A stretch of DNA of 64,000 nucleotides from an uncultured Acidobacteriaceae bacterium (GTDB taxonomy: Bacteria; Acidobacteriota; Terriglobia; Terriglobales; Acidobacteriaceae), in contig CAVUOM010000004.1 of the NCBI GenBank assembly GCA_963743115.1, positions 73,170-137,169 on the forward strand, given 5' to 3'. Below the pieces are notes generated by a model. It was not told the DNA's origin and did not search any database. It worked only from the letters and a program-made list of their open reading frames with translations. Within the stretch, counting starts at the first letter, position 1. Each line of letters starts with the position of its first letter. Both the position numbers and the translations under genes were made by a program. Below are positions 28,651 to 38,627 of this stretch, in pieces.

Positions 28651-31416
28651 TTGCAGGATTCCTCGTCAGAGACGGGGAGCCGTGAGGGCACTTTGCGCTC
28701 GGGTCGGGCTCGAGGTCTCATCGTCGAAAGGTTCCTGAGGATTCTGCTGGCAGGTGCGCTGACTCTGCCGGGAATGGTGGAGTGCGCTCAGGGCGCGGCC
28801 GCACAGCAAAAGGCGCTAGCTGCGCAAACGGCAGCGCCGACGCTGCGAGACGCCGCCGGACCAAACCCTCAACCAACTCCGCCGCCGCCGACTCCGTCAC
28901 AGGAACCCGTTGCCCGCAGCCAGCAAGTGTCGCCGGCTGGACACGCGCTTGCTCCCCCGGCGCTCACCATTCCGCGGTTGAGCCGCGCGCCGGCGCTCGA
29001 AGATTTCCTTAGCATGAAACCCGAAGGTGAGATCGCTTTGCAGATGGCGAAGGTGACGGGCTTCGTGCAACGCAATCCGCATGATGGAGAGAAAGTTTCG
29101 GAAGAGACCGCGGCCTACCTGGGCTACGACCAGAAGAATCTGTACGTCGTGTTCGTGTGTTTCGACGATCCAAAGAAAGTGCGGGCGCGAATGTCGCCGC
29201 GGGAGGATATTGCAGACGACGATGAGGTCGCGGTCATGTTCGATACGTTTCATGACCGGAGGCGCGCCTATGAATTTCAAACTACACCACTGGGGGTGCA
29301 GTGGGACGCGATCTACACCGAGGCTTCACGGGACGAGACCGGCGGTAACTGGGATACTTCGTGGGACACGGTATGGGATTCGCGGGGCAAGGTAACAAGC
29401 CGCGGTTTTGTGGTGTGGATGGCGATTCCGTTCAAGAGTTTGCGCTTTCCACCGACGAAGCAGCAGGAGTGGGGAATCATTCTGTATCGCGGAATCGTTC
29501 GCAAGAATGAGGATTCGTTCTGGCCGGAGATTTCATCCCGACTGCAAGGAAGACTGGGGCAGGCGGCGACGCTTTATGGGCTGGAAGGAATTTCGCCGGG
29601 GCGTGAGATCGAGCTGATTCCTTATGGAATACTCCGCGGCTTCCGAGCGCTGGACACGGTTGATCCCTACAATCCGTTCTTTCAGAATGCGACGGTGCAG
29701 GGGCAGGCGGGCATGGACGCGAAGTTCGTGATCCATGACCACTTCGTGCTGGATCTGACGGCAAATCCTGATTTCAGCCAGGTGGAGTCGGAGGATCCGC
29801 AGATCACGGTGAACCAGCGGTTTGAAGTGTATTTTCCGGAGAAGCGGCCATTCTTTCTGGAGAACGAGGACTACTTCCGCACGCCATTCGATTTGTTTTT
29901 CACGCGCAATATTCAGGACCCTTCGGCGGGAATCCGGCTGACCGGAAAAGAAGGACCGTATTCGGTGGGGCTGATGACGAGCGATGACCGCGCGCCTGGC
30001 TTGGCCGTGCCGAGCTTTTGTCCGGCTACCTCCCCGATCTGTTCAGACAGTCTCTACGGTGACCGGTCCTACTTCACAATTGCGCGGGTGAGCCGCGACA
30101 TTTTCAAGCAGTCGAGTGTGGGAGCGGTTTACACCGATTGGGAGTGCCCGACAACCGGCGAGTTTAACCGCGTGGGTGGGCTGGACGCGCGCTTGAAGTT
30201 CAACCCCAACTGGACCCTGGAAGGTCAGGGGGTGGTAAGTTCGAGCAACTTGCAGGGACTAAATGCGTACTTTTACGGCAACCCGGAAACGACCTGCGAA
30301 TACAACCTGTTTCCCTTCAGCTCAGGGAATGCCAGCAATGGCAATCTAAGCAACGGCAACTATTATGCGGGACCGGCGGACAAGCTCGACCTTAAGCGTG
30401 AAGGGCTGCATTTTTCCTACGAGGGAATTTACGACGACGTCAGTCCGGGGTTCGTAACTGTGCCCGGATTCGTGAACCGCGTGGACATCCGCGATCTTTA
30501 CCAGCTGATTGACTACCGCTTCCGTCCGAAGAAGGGCTGGATCGTGGATTGGGGGCCGTCGCTGAACCAGCGCTACGTGTTCGATCATGAAGGCAATCGG
30601 CTCGACACGTATTACGATCCTTACCTGGCGATTCAAGGACGGGGACAGACGGTAATCTATCTGCTTCCTTACCAGGAAATGCGGGAACGATTGCGGCCGC
30701 AGGATTTTCTCTTCCTTGGTTTGTCCGTGAACCACAATCAGGACTACCACGAACACCGCAGCGGAGCTTCGTTCCAGACCCAATACTTTCCGAAGGTGAC
30801 AGTCGGAGCGAACTACTACTGGGGAGACGGAGCAAACTTCGTCCCAGCGGCGACTCAGCTGCCGCAGGTTCTGCAGAACGCTTTGCCGCAGTCCCTTCTT
30901 TCGCGGCTGGATACGGGTGGTGCGACGTTGACGTTCCGTCCAATCAAGCCGTTGAAGATTGAAAATACGTATTTGTTTGAGCGCCTGCGGGCGACGGAAA
31001 ACGAATATCTTTTTGCGCTTTCAGAGGTTGCTCAGTCCACAACGCCGGGCATGCCCATCGGGAAAGGCATTTTCAATAACCACATTGTGCGCAGCAAGTG
31101 GAACTGGCAGTTTACGCCGCAACTTTCGCTGCGCGTGATTCTGCAGTACAACTCAGTTCTGGCAAACACGCCGGGCAACACGTTCTACCCGTATACCTAT
31201 CTGCCGACCGAGAAGCAGTTCAACGCCGATGTTCTGCTCACTTACCTGGTGCATCCGGGGACGGCGATTTATGTGGGCTACAACAGCGATCTGCAGAACC
31301 TGGATCATGGGTTTACGCCCGGCCCCGAAAGTCTGGCTGGGTTGTATACGGCGAAGGGCTACATCAACGACAGCCGGCAGTTCTTCGTGAAGGTTTCCTA
31401 CCAGTTCCGCTTCTGA
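28651..31416 (+). CDS. Large outer-membrane protein, DUF5916 / CBM9-like N-terminal domain plus beta-barrel
   Basis: ...AAYLGYDQKNLYVVFVCFD...DDDEVAVMFDTFHDRRRAYEFQTTPLGVQWDA...WMAIPFKSLRF. Ends FFVKVSYQFRF (OMP-type terminal Phe). Start unclear: TTG 28651 or TTG 28693, the latter giving MRSGRARGLIVERFLRILLAGALTLPG. Confidence 0.65.
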   Translation: MQDSSSETGSREGTLRSGRARGLIVERFLRILLAGALTLPGMVECAQGAAAQQKALAAQTAAPTLRDAAGPNPQPTPPPPTPSQEPVARSQQVSPAGHALAPPALTIPRLSRAPALEDFLSMKPEGEIALQMAKVTGFVQRNPHDGEKVSEETAAYLGYDQKNLYVVFVCFDDPKKVRARMSPREDIADDDEVAVMFDTFHDRRRAYEFQTTPLGVQWDAIYTEASRDETGGNWDTSWDTVWDSRGKVTSRGFVVWMAIPFKSLRFPPTKQQEWGIILYRGIVRKNEDSFWPEISSRLQGRLGQAATLYGLEGISPGREIELIPYGILRGFRALDTVDPYNPFFQNATVQGQAGMDAKFVIHDHFVLDLTANPDFSQVESEDPQITVNQRFEVYFPEKRPFFLENEDYFRTPFDLFFTRNIQDPSAGIRLTGKEGPYSVGLMTSDDRAPGLAVPSFCPATSPICSDSLYGDRSYFTIARVSRDIFKQSSVGAVYTDWECPTTGEFNRVGGLDARLKFNPNWTLEGQGVVSSSNLQGLNAYFYGNPETTCEYNLFPFSSGNASNGNLSNGNYYAGPADKLDLKREGLHFSYEGIYDDVSPGFVTVPGFVNRVDIRDLYQLIDYRFRPKKGWIVDWGPSLNQRYVFDHEGNRLDTYYDPYLAIQGRGQTVIYLLPYQEMRERLRPQDFLFLGLSVNHNQDYHEHRSGASFQTQYFPKVTVGANYYWGDGANFVPAATQLPQVLQNALPQSLLSRLDTGGATLTFRPIKPLKIENTYLFERLRATENEYLFALSEVAQSTTPGMPIGKGIFNNHIVRSKWNWQFTPQLSLRVILQYNSVLANTPGNTFYPYTYLPTEKQFNADVLLTYLVHPGTAIYVGYNSDLQNLDHGFTPGPESLAGLYTAKGYINDSRQFFVKVSYQFRF

Positions 31417-31500
31417 GTAGCTGTCAGCTTTTAGCTATCAGCTTCTTGATCGCGAGTACGGCGGCGCTGGCCTATAGCTGAGAACTGACGGCTGAGAGCC
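31417..31500. repeat. Second family-C (7-nt AGCT-periodic) inverted element
   Basis: TAGCTGTCAGCTTTTAGCTATCAGCTTC ... TATAGCTGAGAACTGACGGCTGAGAGCC. Units NNCAGCT occur in opposite orientations. Confidence 0.55.
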
Positions 31501-31502
31501 TG

Positions 31503-31541
31503 GGATTGCTGAGTGCGGATTGCTGAGTGCGGATTGCTGAA
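31503..31541. repeat. 14-bp tandem repeat, about 2.8 units
   Basis: GGATTGCTGAGTGC GGATTGCTGAGTGC GGATTGCTGAA, enclosed by CCTGGGATT...AATCCCAGG. Confidence 0.85.
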
Positions 31542-31563
31542 TCCCAGGGCATTCCGGTAGAAT
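31534..31563 (+). promoter_or_regulatory. Sigma70-like promoter for rpmE
   Basis: TTGCTG, 18-nt spacer, TAGAAT, 30 nt upstream of the rpmE ATG. Confidence 0.5.
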
Positions 31564-31593
31564 CTAAGGATTCGTGTTGAGGTCTGAACCTAT

Positions 31594-31833
31594 ATGAAAC
31601 CTGCTATTCATCCCGCTTATAACGAAGTGCGCGTACACTGCGCGTGTGGCAACGCGTTCGTTACGCGATCGACCCATAAGGGTGATATCAGCGTAGAAAT
31701 CTGCTCGGCTTGCCATCCCTTTTTTACCGGCAAGCAGAAGCTGATGGATACTGCCGGACGAGTGGAGCGCTTCCGCCGCAAGTACGCCAAGAACGCCCCG
31801 GCGAAGCCCGTCGAGACGGCCGCAAAGAACTAA
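31594..31833 (+). CDS. rpmE: 50S ribosomal protein L31
   Basis: [27 protein letters not shown]...[15 protein letters not shown]. Confidence 0.95.
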   Translation: MKPAIHPAYNEVRVHCACGNAFVTRSTHKGDISVEICSACHPFFTGKQKLMDTAGRVERFRRKYAKNAPAKPVETAAKN

Positions 31834-31874
31834 GTCTTTGCCGCGGATTTACGTGGATACAGCTGAAAACTCAG

Positions 31875-31903
31875 CCCTCGCCTACCGGCGGGGGTTTTGT
31901 TTT
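31875..31903 (+). terminator. Rho-independent terminator after rpmE
   Basis: CCCTCGCC-tacc-GGCGGGGG (8 bp including one G-U) followed by TTTTGTTTT. Confidence 0.8.
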
Positions 31904-31926
31904 GCAGGGCGAAGTAGAATAGACCT

Positions 31927-33051
31927 GTGCGCAAGTCCTGGGACAACTCGGGTGGGGCGGGCACGCTTGTCCGCCAGGTAGAAGGTCTGAGGCCGGTCCC
32001 CGCCAGCGTATCCATCGGAGATATCAACATTTCGCCTGCCACTGTGCTGGCGCCGATGGCAGGCGTTACTGACACGGTCTTCCGGCGGTTCATTCGCAAC
32101 CTGGGTGGCTGCGGGCTGATCATGACCGAGTTCACCTCGGCGGACGGCGTACTCCGCAAGAAGGACGAGAAGGCGAAGCGCTATCTCCATTTCTATGAAG
32201 ACGAGCATCCGATTTCTGCGCAGCTTTTTGGCAGCGATCCGCGGGTGATGGCGGAGGCGGCGCGCTTGGTCGAAGGCCTGGGCTTCGACCTGGTCGATTT
32301 GAACCTGGGATGTCCTGCGAAGAAAGTCGTGAAGTGCAACGGAGGCTCCGGGTTGCTGCGCGATCTGCCGGCGATTGGGCGAATCTTTGAGGCGGTGCGA
32401 GCGGCGGTGAAGGTTCCGTTCACCGTAAAGTTTCGCGCGGGATGGAGCGACGATGAGATCGTTTGCGTGGAGTTGGCTCGGATGGCGGAAGCGTGCGGAC
32501 TGGCAGCGGTTGCGCTGCACGCGCGCACGCGGGAGCAGGGGTATAGCGGAAATGCCCGCTGGGAATGGATTGCGGCGATCAAAGACGCGGTGAAGATTCC
32601 AGTGATCGGGAACGGCGACATCCGCACGCCTGAGGATGCTTGCGCCATGGTGGCGCAGACTGGCTGCGACGCCGTGATGATTGGGCGGACTGCGCCGTCG
32701 AATCCGTGGATCTTCCGGCAGATTCAGCAGTATTGCGCGGGGATGGAAACCGCGGCACCTTCCAGGTCTTATGACGAGCCTAGCGAAGCTGATCGCTACC
32801 AGATGATCCGAACCTACTTCCAGATGCTGATTGAAGAGGAACTGCCAGATGCCGTCGGGAAGATGAAGCAGTTCGCATCCTGGTTCACGCACGGTGTGCC
32901 GGGAGGCGCAGGGCTTCGCAAGGCGATCTACGAATCGAAGAGTGCGGTGGAGATTCTGGGGCGGGTCGAAGAGTTCTTCGAAGCCCGGCTATGTGCTGCG
33001 AGCGCCCCTTCACCAACCTCGGGGCAGGTTCTCGCTCGCGAGACTGTCTAA
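31927..33051 (+). CDS. tRNA-dihydrouridine synthase (DusB-like)
   Basis: ...VLAPMAGVTDTVFRRF...FDLVDLNLGCPAKKV...KFRAGW...ALHARTREQ...VIGNGDI. GTG start, uncertain. Confidence 0.88.
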   Translation: MRKSWDNSGGAGTLVRQVEGLRPVPASVSIGDINISPATVLAPMAGVTDTVFRRFIRNLGGCGLIMTEFTSADGVLRKKDEKAKRYLHFYEDEHPISAQLFGSDPRVMAEAARLVEGLGFDLVDLNLGCPAKKVVKCNGGSGLLRDLPAIGRIFEAVRAAVKVPFTVKFRAGWSDDEIVCVELARMAEACGLAAVALHARTREQGYSGNARWEWIAAIKDAVKIPVIGNGDIRTPEDACAMVAQTGCDAVMIGRTAPSNPWIFRQIQQYCAGMETAAPSRSYDEPSEADRYQMIRTYFQMLIEEELPDAVGKMKQFASWFTHGVPGGAGLRKAIYESKSAVEILGRVEEFFEARLCAASAPSPTSGQVLARETV

Positions 33052-33887
33052 GCCGGCTTCGCCACCATTTTTCCCGCTTCATCTCTCTCGACATACGCCC
33101 ACGGCACCTTCGGGTCGTGCGTAAAGACGGTCAGCCATTTCTCTGGAATCGCCTTCGCATAGCACTGCTTCTTGCTCTCTATCGTCTGCAGCGGGTAGAG
33201 ATCGAAGGACATACCCCAGGTCAGGTCGATGTGTGCCGTAGTGGGGATGAGGTCGGAAATATAGCAGGCAGTGCGGCCTCTGCTTTCGATGATCACGGCT
33301 TGCATATGGGCGGTGTGACCGGGGAAAGTTTTCACTGAGATGCCGGGGACGATTTCTTCGCCGCCTTTGAGCAGCGTCATCTGGCCGCTTTCGACGAGCG
33401 GATCGTAGTTTTCGGAAATGTAGCTGATGGCGTCGCGCTCGCTGGGATGGCGGGCGTATTGCCATTCGCCTTCGGGCACGTAGTATTTTGCGCGCGGAAA
33501 TGTGGGGACGATCTTGCCGTCTTTGCCACGGACGGTGTTCCATCCGCAGTGGTCGAAGTGGAGATGAGTGTTGATGACGATGTCGATATCGTCGGGGGCG
33601 ACCCCGGCAGCGCTGAGATTCGTGAGCAGTTTTGCGGGCTGGCCATAGAATTTGATCATGCGTTCGGAAAGCTTGTTGCCCATGCCGGTTTCTACCAGTA
33701 TCGTTTGCTTGCCGGTGCGGATGAGCAGCGAGTTGAGTCCGGCCTGGACATAATTTCTTTCGTCAGCGGTCACTTTGCGCGACCACATGATTTTAGGAAT
33801 GACGCCAAAAAACGCGCCGCCGTCGAGCGGGTAGGTGCCGTCGGAGAAGATACTGAGTTCGAAGTCGCCGAGAGTCACGCTGGGCAT
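33048..33887 (-). CDS. MBL-fold metallo-hydrolase (lactonase-like)
   Basis: ...DIVINTHLHFDHCGWN...FPGHTAHMQAV... Confidence 0.8.
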   Translation of the reverse strand: MPSVTLGDFELSIFSDGTYPLDGGAFFGVIPKIMWSRKVTADERNYVQAGLNSLLIRTGKQTILVETGMGNKLSERMIKFYGQPAKLLTNLSAAGVAPDDIDIVINTHLHFDHCGWNTVRGKDGKIVPTFPRAKYYVPEGEWQYARHPSERDAISYISENYDPLVESGQMTLLKGGEEIVPGISVKTFPGHTAHMQAVIIESRGRTACYISDLIPTTAHIDLTWGMSFDLYPLQTIESKKQCYAKAIPEKWLTVFTHDPKVPWAYVERDEAGKMVAKPA

Positions 33888-33949
33888 TGAGTTAGTTTGC
33901 CACAGATCTAACTGACACTTCTTCGGCGAAACTGCGTATTCTCATCCCT

Positions 33950-34360
33950 ATGGAGCGCCCGGCCAGCGTCACCATGATCGCGGCTCTGTTTTTCCTGGTG
34001 GCCGGATATCTTGCCACTGTCGGCATCATCGACTTGGTCGCGCCTGGCGCACTTTCAACGACGCTGGGAACGGGCGTGACGTATGGGCGAGAACTGACCG
34101 GACCGCAGACCGCCATCTCTGTCGGCGCAGGATGGGCGTTGGTGGGCTGGGGCCTTTATCGGCTGCGCAATTGGGCGAGGTGGTGCGCGATCGTCATCAT
34201 GGTCATCGGAATCGCGGGATCGGTGCCGGTGGTTTCCGCCGCCGCGAGGGATCTTACCGGGCGCTTCTTTTTTTACGGCGTCCAGATCATGGCGCGGGTG
34301 GTAATCGCGTGGCTCCTGGTCGCATCGCCTGAAGTGGTGGAAGCTTTCGTGCGAAAGTAG
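33950..34360 (+). CDS. Hypothetical integral membrane protein (4 predicted TM segments)
   Basis: Hydrophobic segments: IAALFFLVAGYLATVGIIDLV, ISVGAGWALVGWGLY, CAIVIMVIGIAGSVPVV, GVQIMARVVIAWLLV. Confidence 0.55.
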   Translation: MERPASVTMIAALFFLVAGYLATVGIIDLVAPGALSTTLGTGVTYGRELTGPQTAISVGAGWALVGWGLYRLRNWARWCAIVIMVIGIAGSVPVVSAAARDLTGRFFFYGVQIMARVVIAWLLVASPEVVEAFVRK

Positions 34361-34380
34361 GCAGCTGCCCGAGAAACGCT

Positions 34381-34479
34381 GTCATCCCGAGCACAGCGAG
34401 GGATCCCGGTTTCCGCTTGTGGCATCTGTGTTGTTGATGCGAGCAAACACCAAGATCCCTCGCTTTGCTCGGGATGACA
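34381..34479. repeat. Family-A variant as an inverted pair (MITE-like)
   Basis: GTCATCCCGAGCACAGCGAGGGATCC (34381-34406) and GATCCCTCGCTTTGCTCGGGATGACA (34454-34479), flanking 47 bp. Confidence 0.8.
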
Positions 34480-34504
34480 ATCCAATCGGTCTACCGCTTT
34501 GGTT

Positions 34505-37153
34505 TTACCGCTTCGCTTTTGCCGGCTCTTTCTCCCCCACACGTTTGCTGACTTCGAATTTCATCTTGCCGGCTTTCTTGTCAGCATCGATGATCACGTG
34601 GTCGCCGTGCAGGATTTCTCCATCCAAAATCTTGAGAGCCAGCGGATCCTGCACCAATTTCTGGATCGCGCGCTTCAGCGGACGGGCGCCGAAGTTCGCG
34701 TCGTAGCCCTGGGTGAAGAGCGTGTCCTTGGCAGCGTCGCTGAGTTCGATCGAAATCTTGCGGTCGGCCAGCAGGCGGCGCACGTCTTCGAGACGCAGCT
34801 CGATAATCTTGACCAACTGTTCCTTGCCGAGCGGCGCGAAGACGATGATGTCGTCGACGCGGTTTAGAAACTCGGGGCGGAAGTGGCCGTGCAGCGCGTT
34901 CATCACCTGCTCGCTAGCCTTCTCGAATTCTTCCGGCGTTTGCACGTGGTCGGCTTGCAGATAGCTGGAGCCGATGTTCGAGGTCATAATCAGGATGGTG
35001 TTCTTGAAGTCTACGGCGCGGCCTTTGCCGTCGGTGAGGCGGCCGTCATCCATCACCTGCAACAGGACGTTGAAGACGTCGGGGTGCGCCTTCTCGATTT
35101 CGTCGAAGAGCACCACGGCGTAGGGACGGCGGCGCACCTGTTCAGTGAGTTGGCCGCCTTCTTCATAGCCGACGTAGCCCGGGGGCGCGCCGATCAAGCG
35201 GGCGACCGAATGCTTCTCCATATATTCGGACATGTCGATGCGGATTAGGGCGCGCTCGTCGTCGAAAAGGAATTCAGCGAGAGCGCGGGCGAGTTCGGTT
35301 TTGCCGACTCCGGTTGGGCCGAGAAAAATGAACGAGCCGATGGGGCGCTTGGGGTCGCTGAGTCCGGCGCGGGAGCGGCGGATCGCGTTGGCCACGCGTT
35401 CGAGAGCCTGGTCCTGGCCGATGACACGGTGGCGCAGGCGGTCTTCCATGGTGACCAGCTTTTTCACTTCGCCTTCGAGCATCTTGGAGACCGGGATGCC
35501 GGTCCACTTGGAGACGATGCGGGCGATATCTTCTTCGTCGACTTCCTCTTTGAGCATGCGCGGCGCGCCGGCGGCTTTGTTGTCGATTTTGGCCGACAGT
35601 TGTTTTAATTCTTCTTCGGCCTGGCGCAGCAATCCGTAGCGAATCTCGGCGACGCGCTGCAGGTTACCTCTGCGCTCTTCGGCCTGTTCTTCGATCTTGA
35701 GCTTCTCGATCTTTTCCTTGAGCTCGCGAGACTTCGCAATCAGATCCTTTTCTTTTTTCCAATTGGCTTTGAGGGCGTTGGACTTTTCGCGGATCTCGGC
35801 GAGTTCCTTTTCGATGACCGATAAGCGCTCGCGGGAGTTGGCATCGTCTTCCTTTTTCAGCGCCTGCTTCTCGATTTCGAGCTGCGTGGCCCGGCGCTCC
35901 AGCTGGTCGATATCAGTCGGAAGCGAATCGATCTGGATGCGAATTGAGGCAGCAGCTTCGTCGACCAGGTCGATGGCTTTGTCGGGCAGGAAGCGGTCGG
36001 AGATATAACGATGCGAAAGCGTGGCGGCGGCGACGATCGCCGAGTCTTTGATGCGCACCCCATGGTGCACTTCGTATTTCTCCTTCAGGCCGCGAAGAAT
36101 GGCGATGGTGTCTTCGACATTAGGCTCGCCTACGAAAACAATCTGGAAGCGGCGTTCGAGGGCGGCGTCTTTTTCGATGTACTTGCGGTATTCGTTGAGC
36201 GTTGTAGCGCCAATGGCGCGGAGTTCTCCTCGCGCCAGCGCGGGCTTGAGCATGTTGGAGGCATCGATAGCGCCCTCGGCGGCTCCGGCGCCGACCAGGG
36301 TGTGCAGTTCGTCGATGAAAAGAATGACCTGACCTTGTGAGTCTTCGATTTCTTTCAAGACGGCCTTCAGCCGGTCTTCGAATTCGCCGCGGTATTTCGC
36401 TCCGGCCAGCATGGCTCCCAGATCGAGTGCGACTACGCGTTTGTTCTTGAGAACCTCGGGCACGTCGCCTGAGATGATGCGCTGGGCAAGGCCTTCGACG
36501 ATGGCAGTTTTGCCTACGCCGGGTTCGCCGATGAGCACGGGATTATTTTTCGTGCGGCGGGAAAGAACCTGCACCACGCGGCGGATTTCTTCGTCCCGGC
36601 CGATCACGGGGTCGAGCTTGCCGCGGCGCGCTTGTTCGGTCAGGTCGCGGGCGTAGCGTTCGAGCGCCTGGTATTTTGCTTCGGGATTCTGGTCGGTGAC
36701 TTTTTGCGAACCACGAACGGCAGTCAGTGCTTTCAGAATTGCATCGTGCGTGGCGCCGTGGCGGGCGAGGATCTGCTGGGCTGAGTCCTGCTTGAGGTGC
36801 GTGATGGCGAGCAGGAGGTGTTCGGTGGAAACGTATTCGTCTTTGAAGTTCGACGCCTCTTTGAAGGCTTGCTCGAGCAGCTTGTTAGTGGCGTTCGACA
36901 TCGTTGCCTGCGCCGATTCTCCTGAGACCTTGGGGAGTTTCTCGATCTCGCGGTAGAGGTCGCTGAGGACGGCCTGCGGGCCGATGCCAATTTTTTCGAG
37001 CACGGGCGCGACGATGCCTTCTTTGTCTTCGAGCAGAGCGGCGAGCAGGTGGATCGGCAGAAGCTCCGGGTTGCCGTGCTCGGAGGCGAGGTCGTTCGCT
37101 CGCTGGACTGCCTCCTGCGCTTTTACGGTGAATTTATCCCAACGGATGGGCAT
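34505..37153 (-). CDS. clpB: ATP-dependent chaperone/disaggregase ClpB
   Basis: ATG 37153 with GGAG 6 nt upstream. Walker A motifs GEPGVGKT and GPTGVGKT, long coiled-coil M-domain, Clp N-domain. Confidence 0.96.
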   Translation of the reverse strand: MPIRWDKFTVKAQEAVQRANDLASEHGNPELLPIHLLAALLEDKEGIVAPVLEKIGIGPQAVLSDLYREIEKLPKVSGESAQATMSNATNKLLEQAFKEASNFKDEYVSTEHLLLAITHLKQDSAQQILARHGATHDAILKALTAVRGSQKVTDQNPEAKYQALERYARDLTEQARRGKLDPVIGRDEEIRRVVQVLSRRTKNNPVLIGEPGVGKTAIVEGLAQRIISGDVPEVLKNKRVVALDLGAMLAGAKYRGEFEDRLKAVLKEIEDSQGQVILFIDELHTLVGAGAAEGAIDASNMLKPALARGELRAIGATTLNEYRKYIEKDAALERRFQIVFVGEPNVEDTIAILRGLKEKYEVHHGVRIKDSAIVAAATLSHRYISDRFLPDKAIDLVDEAAASIRIQIDSLPTDIDQLERRATQLEIEKQALKKEDDANSRERLSVIEKELAEIREKSNALKANWKKEKDLIAKSRELKEKIEKLKIEEQAEERRGNLQRVAEIRYGLLRQAEEELKQLSAKIDNKAAGAPRMLKEEVDEEDIARIVSKWTGIPVSKMLEGEVKKLVTMEDRLRHRVIGQDQALERVANAIRRSRAGLSDPKRPIGSFIFLGPTGVGKTELARALAEFLFDDERALIRIDMSEYMEKHSVARLIGAPPGYVGYEEGGQLTEQVRRRPYAVVLFDEIEKAHPDVFNVLLQVMDDGRLTDGKGRAVDFKNTILIMTSNIGSSYLQADHVQTPEEFEKASEQVMNALHGHFRPEFLNRVDDIIVFAPLGKEQLVKIIELRLEDVRRLLADRKISIELSDAAKDTLFTQGYDANFGARPLKRAIQKLVQDPLALKILDGEILHGDHVIIDADKKAGKMKFEVSKRVGEKEPAKAKR

Positions 37154-37173
37154 GGGAAACTCCAATTGGTAAT

Positions 37174-37203
37174 TTTGAAATTTGGTTATTGCGTAATTTC
37201 AAA
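37174..37203. promoter_or_regulatory. Perfect 9-bp AT-rich inverted repeat just upstream of clpB
   Basis: TTTGAAATT, 12-nt spacer, AATTTCAAA. It lies 6 nt after the upstream gene's stop and 21 nt before the clpB ATG. Confidence 0.4.
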
Positions 37204-37208
37204 CACAG

Positions 37209-37907
37209 CTATCGCGAAATATCTTTGGCGACGCCGCCGCGAGCCTGTTTCGGCTCGCGCCTGAGTCCGCTGGCGGCGATGGCTTCTTCCCTGGCGCGGA
37301 GTTTCTCCAGGATCTTGATCTTCTCGGAGAAGCTGAGCGAGGCAAGGCGGTTACGCATCTCTTCCTTGCTCGGAAACTGAGGCGGAAAGTCTCGCTCGAA
37401 CTGTGGCCATTTACCAATCAGATTGTGAGATTTGAGAATTGCTTTTAGCGTCGACTCGTCAATCGCGTCGCGCTCGGTCAGCCTCAGCATCCAGGACAGG
37501 TCTCTCGGGCGGTTCGTCGTGAGCGCGATGGCTATCAGATGTTCCGCCATCATTACAAAAACGGGTTCACCATCAACCGACAGTGGGAGGGAGCTGGCTA
37601 CGGCCTCCCGTTCCAGATCGTTTTTCGCCATAAGAAACCGCACAGGCCAACCCTCGATCTCAAAGCACTCTCCAACCGTCTTATAGCCGTGTGCCACCAA
37701 ATATTCGTGTAGCGCGGTCAAGCTCACGGACGAGCCGCCTGGGTCGAATGGAAGTATTACGAGTACCTCCATCACGAGCGTTGTTGCCGGTTCCGAGTAT
37801 TGAACTGCGCCAACCGCGCCGCCAATGGCGTAATGACAGATCACGCCGTCGGCTCGCATTTGGTTGATGGCTTCTAGAGTCGCCTTCATTATTTTGCTGG
37901 CCTTCAA
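37209..37907 (-). CDS. Hypothetical protein, possibly a degenerate nucleotidyltransferase-fold N-domain plus a helical C-domain
   Basis: MKASKIMKATLEAINQMRADGVICHYAIGGAVGAVQYSEPATTLVMEVLV resembles the GG...T.D.D region of MNT/AbiEii-type NTases, but without the acidic pair. Wedged between hsp20 and clpB. Confidence 0.45.
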   Translation of the reverse strand: MKASKIMKATLEAINQMRADGVICHYAIGGAVGAVQYSEPATTLVMEVLVILPFDPGGSSVSLTALHEYLVAHGYKTVGECFEIEGWPVRFLMAKNDLEREAVASSLPLSVDGEPVFVMMAEHLIAIALTTNRPRDLSWMLRLTERDAIDESTLKAILKSHNLIGKWPQFERDFPPQFPSKEEMRNRLASLSFSEKIKILEKLRAREEAIAASGLRREPKQARGGVAKDISR

Positions 37908-37946
37908 GCATTGTGAACTAACTCTGCTGCCGAGCCAAGCACCGAG

Positions 37947-37987
37947 TCAAACAAAACGGGAGGCCGGCAGGTTTAGCCGCCTCCCGT
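37947..37987 (-). terminator. Rho-independent terminator after hsp20
   Basis: The minus strand reads ACGGGAGGC-GGCTAAACCTGCCG-GCCTCCCGT followed by TTTGTTTG. Confidence 0.75.
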
Positions 37988-37995
37988 CAGAAAGC

Positions 37996-38046
37996 AAGTC
38001 GAGCTTCGCTCGACTGGACAGCCGAGGGCGTCTGTCCCCACATTAC
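37996..38046. repeat. Family-B repeat
   Basis: AAGTCGAGCTTCGCTCGACTGGACAGCCGAGGGCGTCTGTCCCCACATTAC. Compare 2606-2657 and 55224-55289. Confidence 0.75.
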
Positions 38047-38053
38047 ATAAGCC

Positions 38054-38545
38054 TTACGCGGCTTTGCTGGGGCCTTTCGCTTCCAGAGTCTTCTCGGTAC
38101 CCACGCTGACTTTGATCTGCTTGGGCTTGGCTTCTGCCTTTTTGGGCAGAGTGACCTTCAGCACGCCCTTGTCGTAGGTTGCCGAGACTTTCTCGGAATC
38201 CACGGTCGTGGGCAGATTGAAGGTGCGGGTGAAGCTGCCATACTCGCGCTCCACACGACGGTAGTTCTCTTCCTTCTCTTCTTTCTCGATCTTGCGCTCG
38301 CCGTGCACGGTGAGGGTGTTGTTCTCGAGGTTGACGTTGATGTCCTTCTCGTCGATGCCCGGGACTTCGATCTTCAAAGTGACGTTGTGCTCGTCTTCGT
38401 AGACATCGACGGCGGGGGCAAAGCTTGAGGTAGTGAGGGACTCATCCCGCCCACCTTCGCGGTAAGACTCGCGGAAGGCGCGGTTGATGCGGTCCTGCAG
38501 GGTGGAAAGCTCACGGAAAGGCTCCCAACGGGTTAGTACTGTCAT
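38054..38545 (-). CDS. Hsp20/alpha-crystallin small heat-shock protein
   Basis: ATG 38545 with AAGGAGA upstream. MTVLTRWEPFRELSTLQDRINRAF...PAVDVYEDEHNVTLKIEVPGIDEKDINV...ATYDKGVLKVTLPK. Confidence 0.92.
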   Translation of the reverse strand: MTVLTRWEPFRELSTLQDRINRAFRESYREGGRDESLTTSSFAPAVDVYEDEHNVTLKIEVPGIDEKDINVNLENNTLTVHGERKIEKEEKEENYRRVEREYGSFTRTFNLPTTVDSEKVSATYDKGVLKVTLPKKAEAKPKQIKVSVGTEKTLEAKGPSKAA

Positions 38546-38627
38546 GGTCAAAATCTCCTTGTATGTTGATTTCTTAGGAATTCGGCAGTGCCGTTCACAA
38601 CTTAGATGCTCACCCAGCGCACAAGGT

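Noticed and set aside
31882-32892. 336-aa minus-strand ORF
   Set aside because: It is antisense to the dihydrouridine synthase gene, and its 3' part covers the rpmE terminator.
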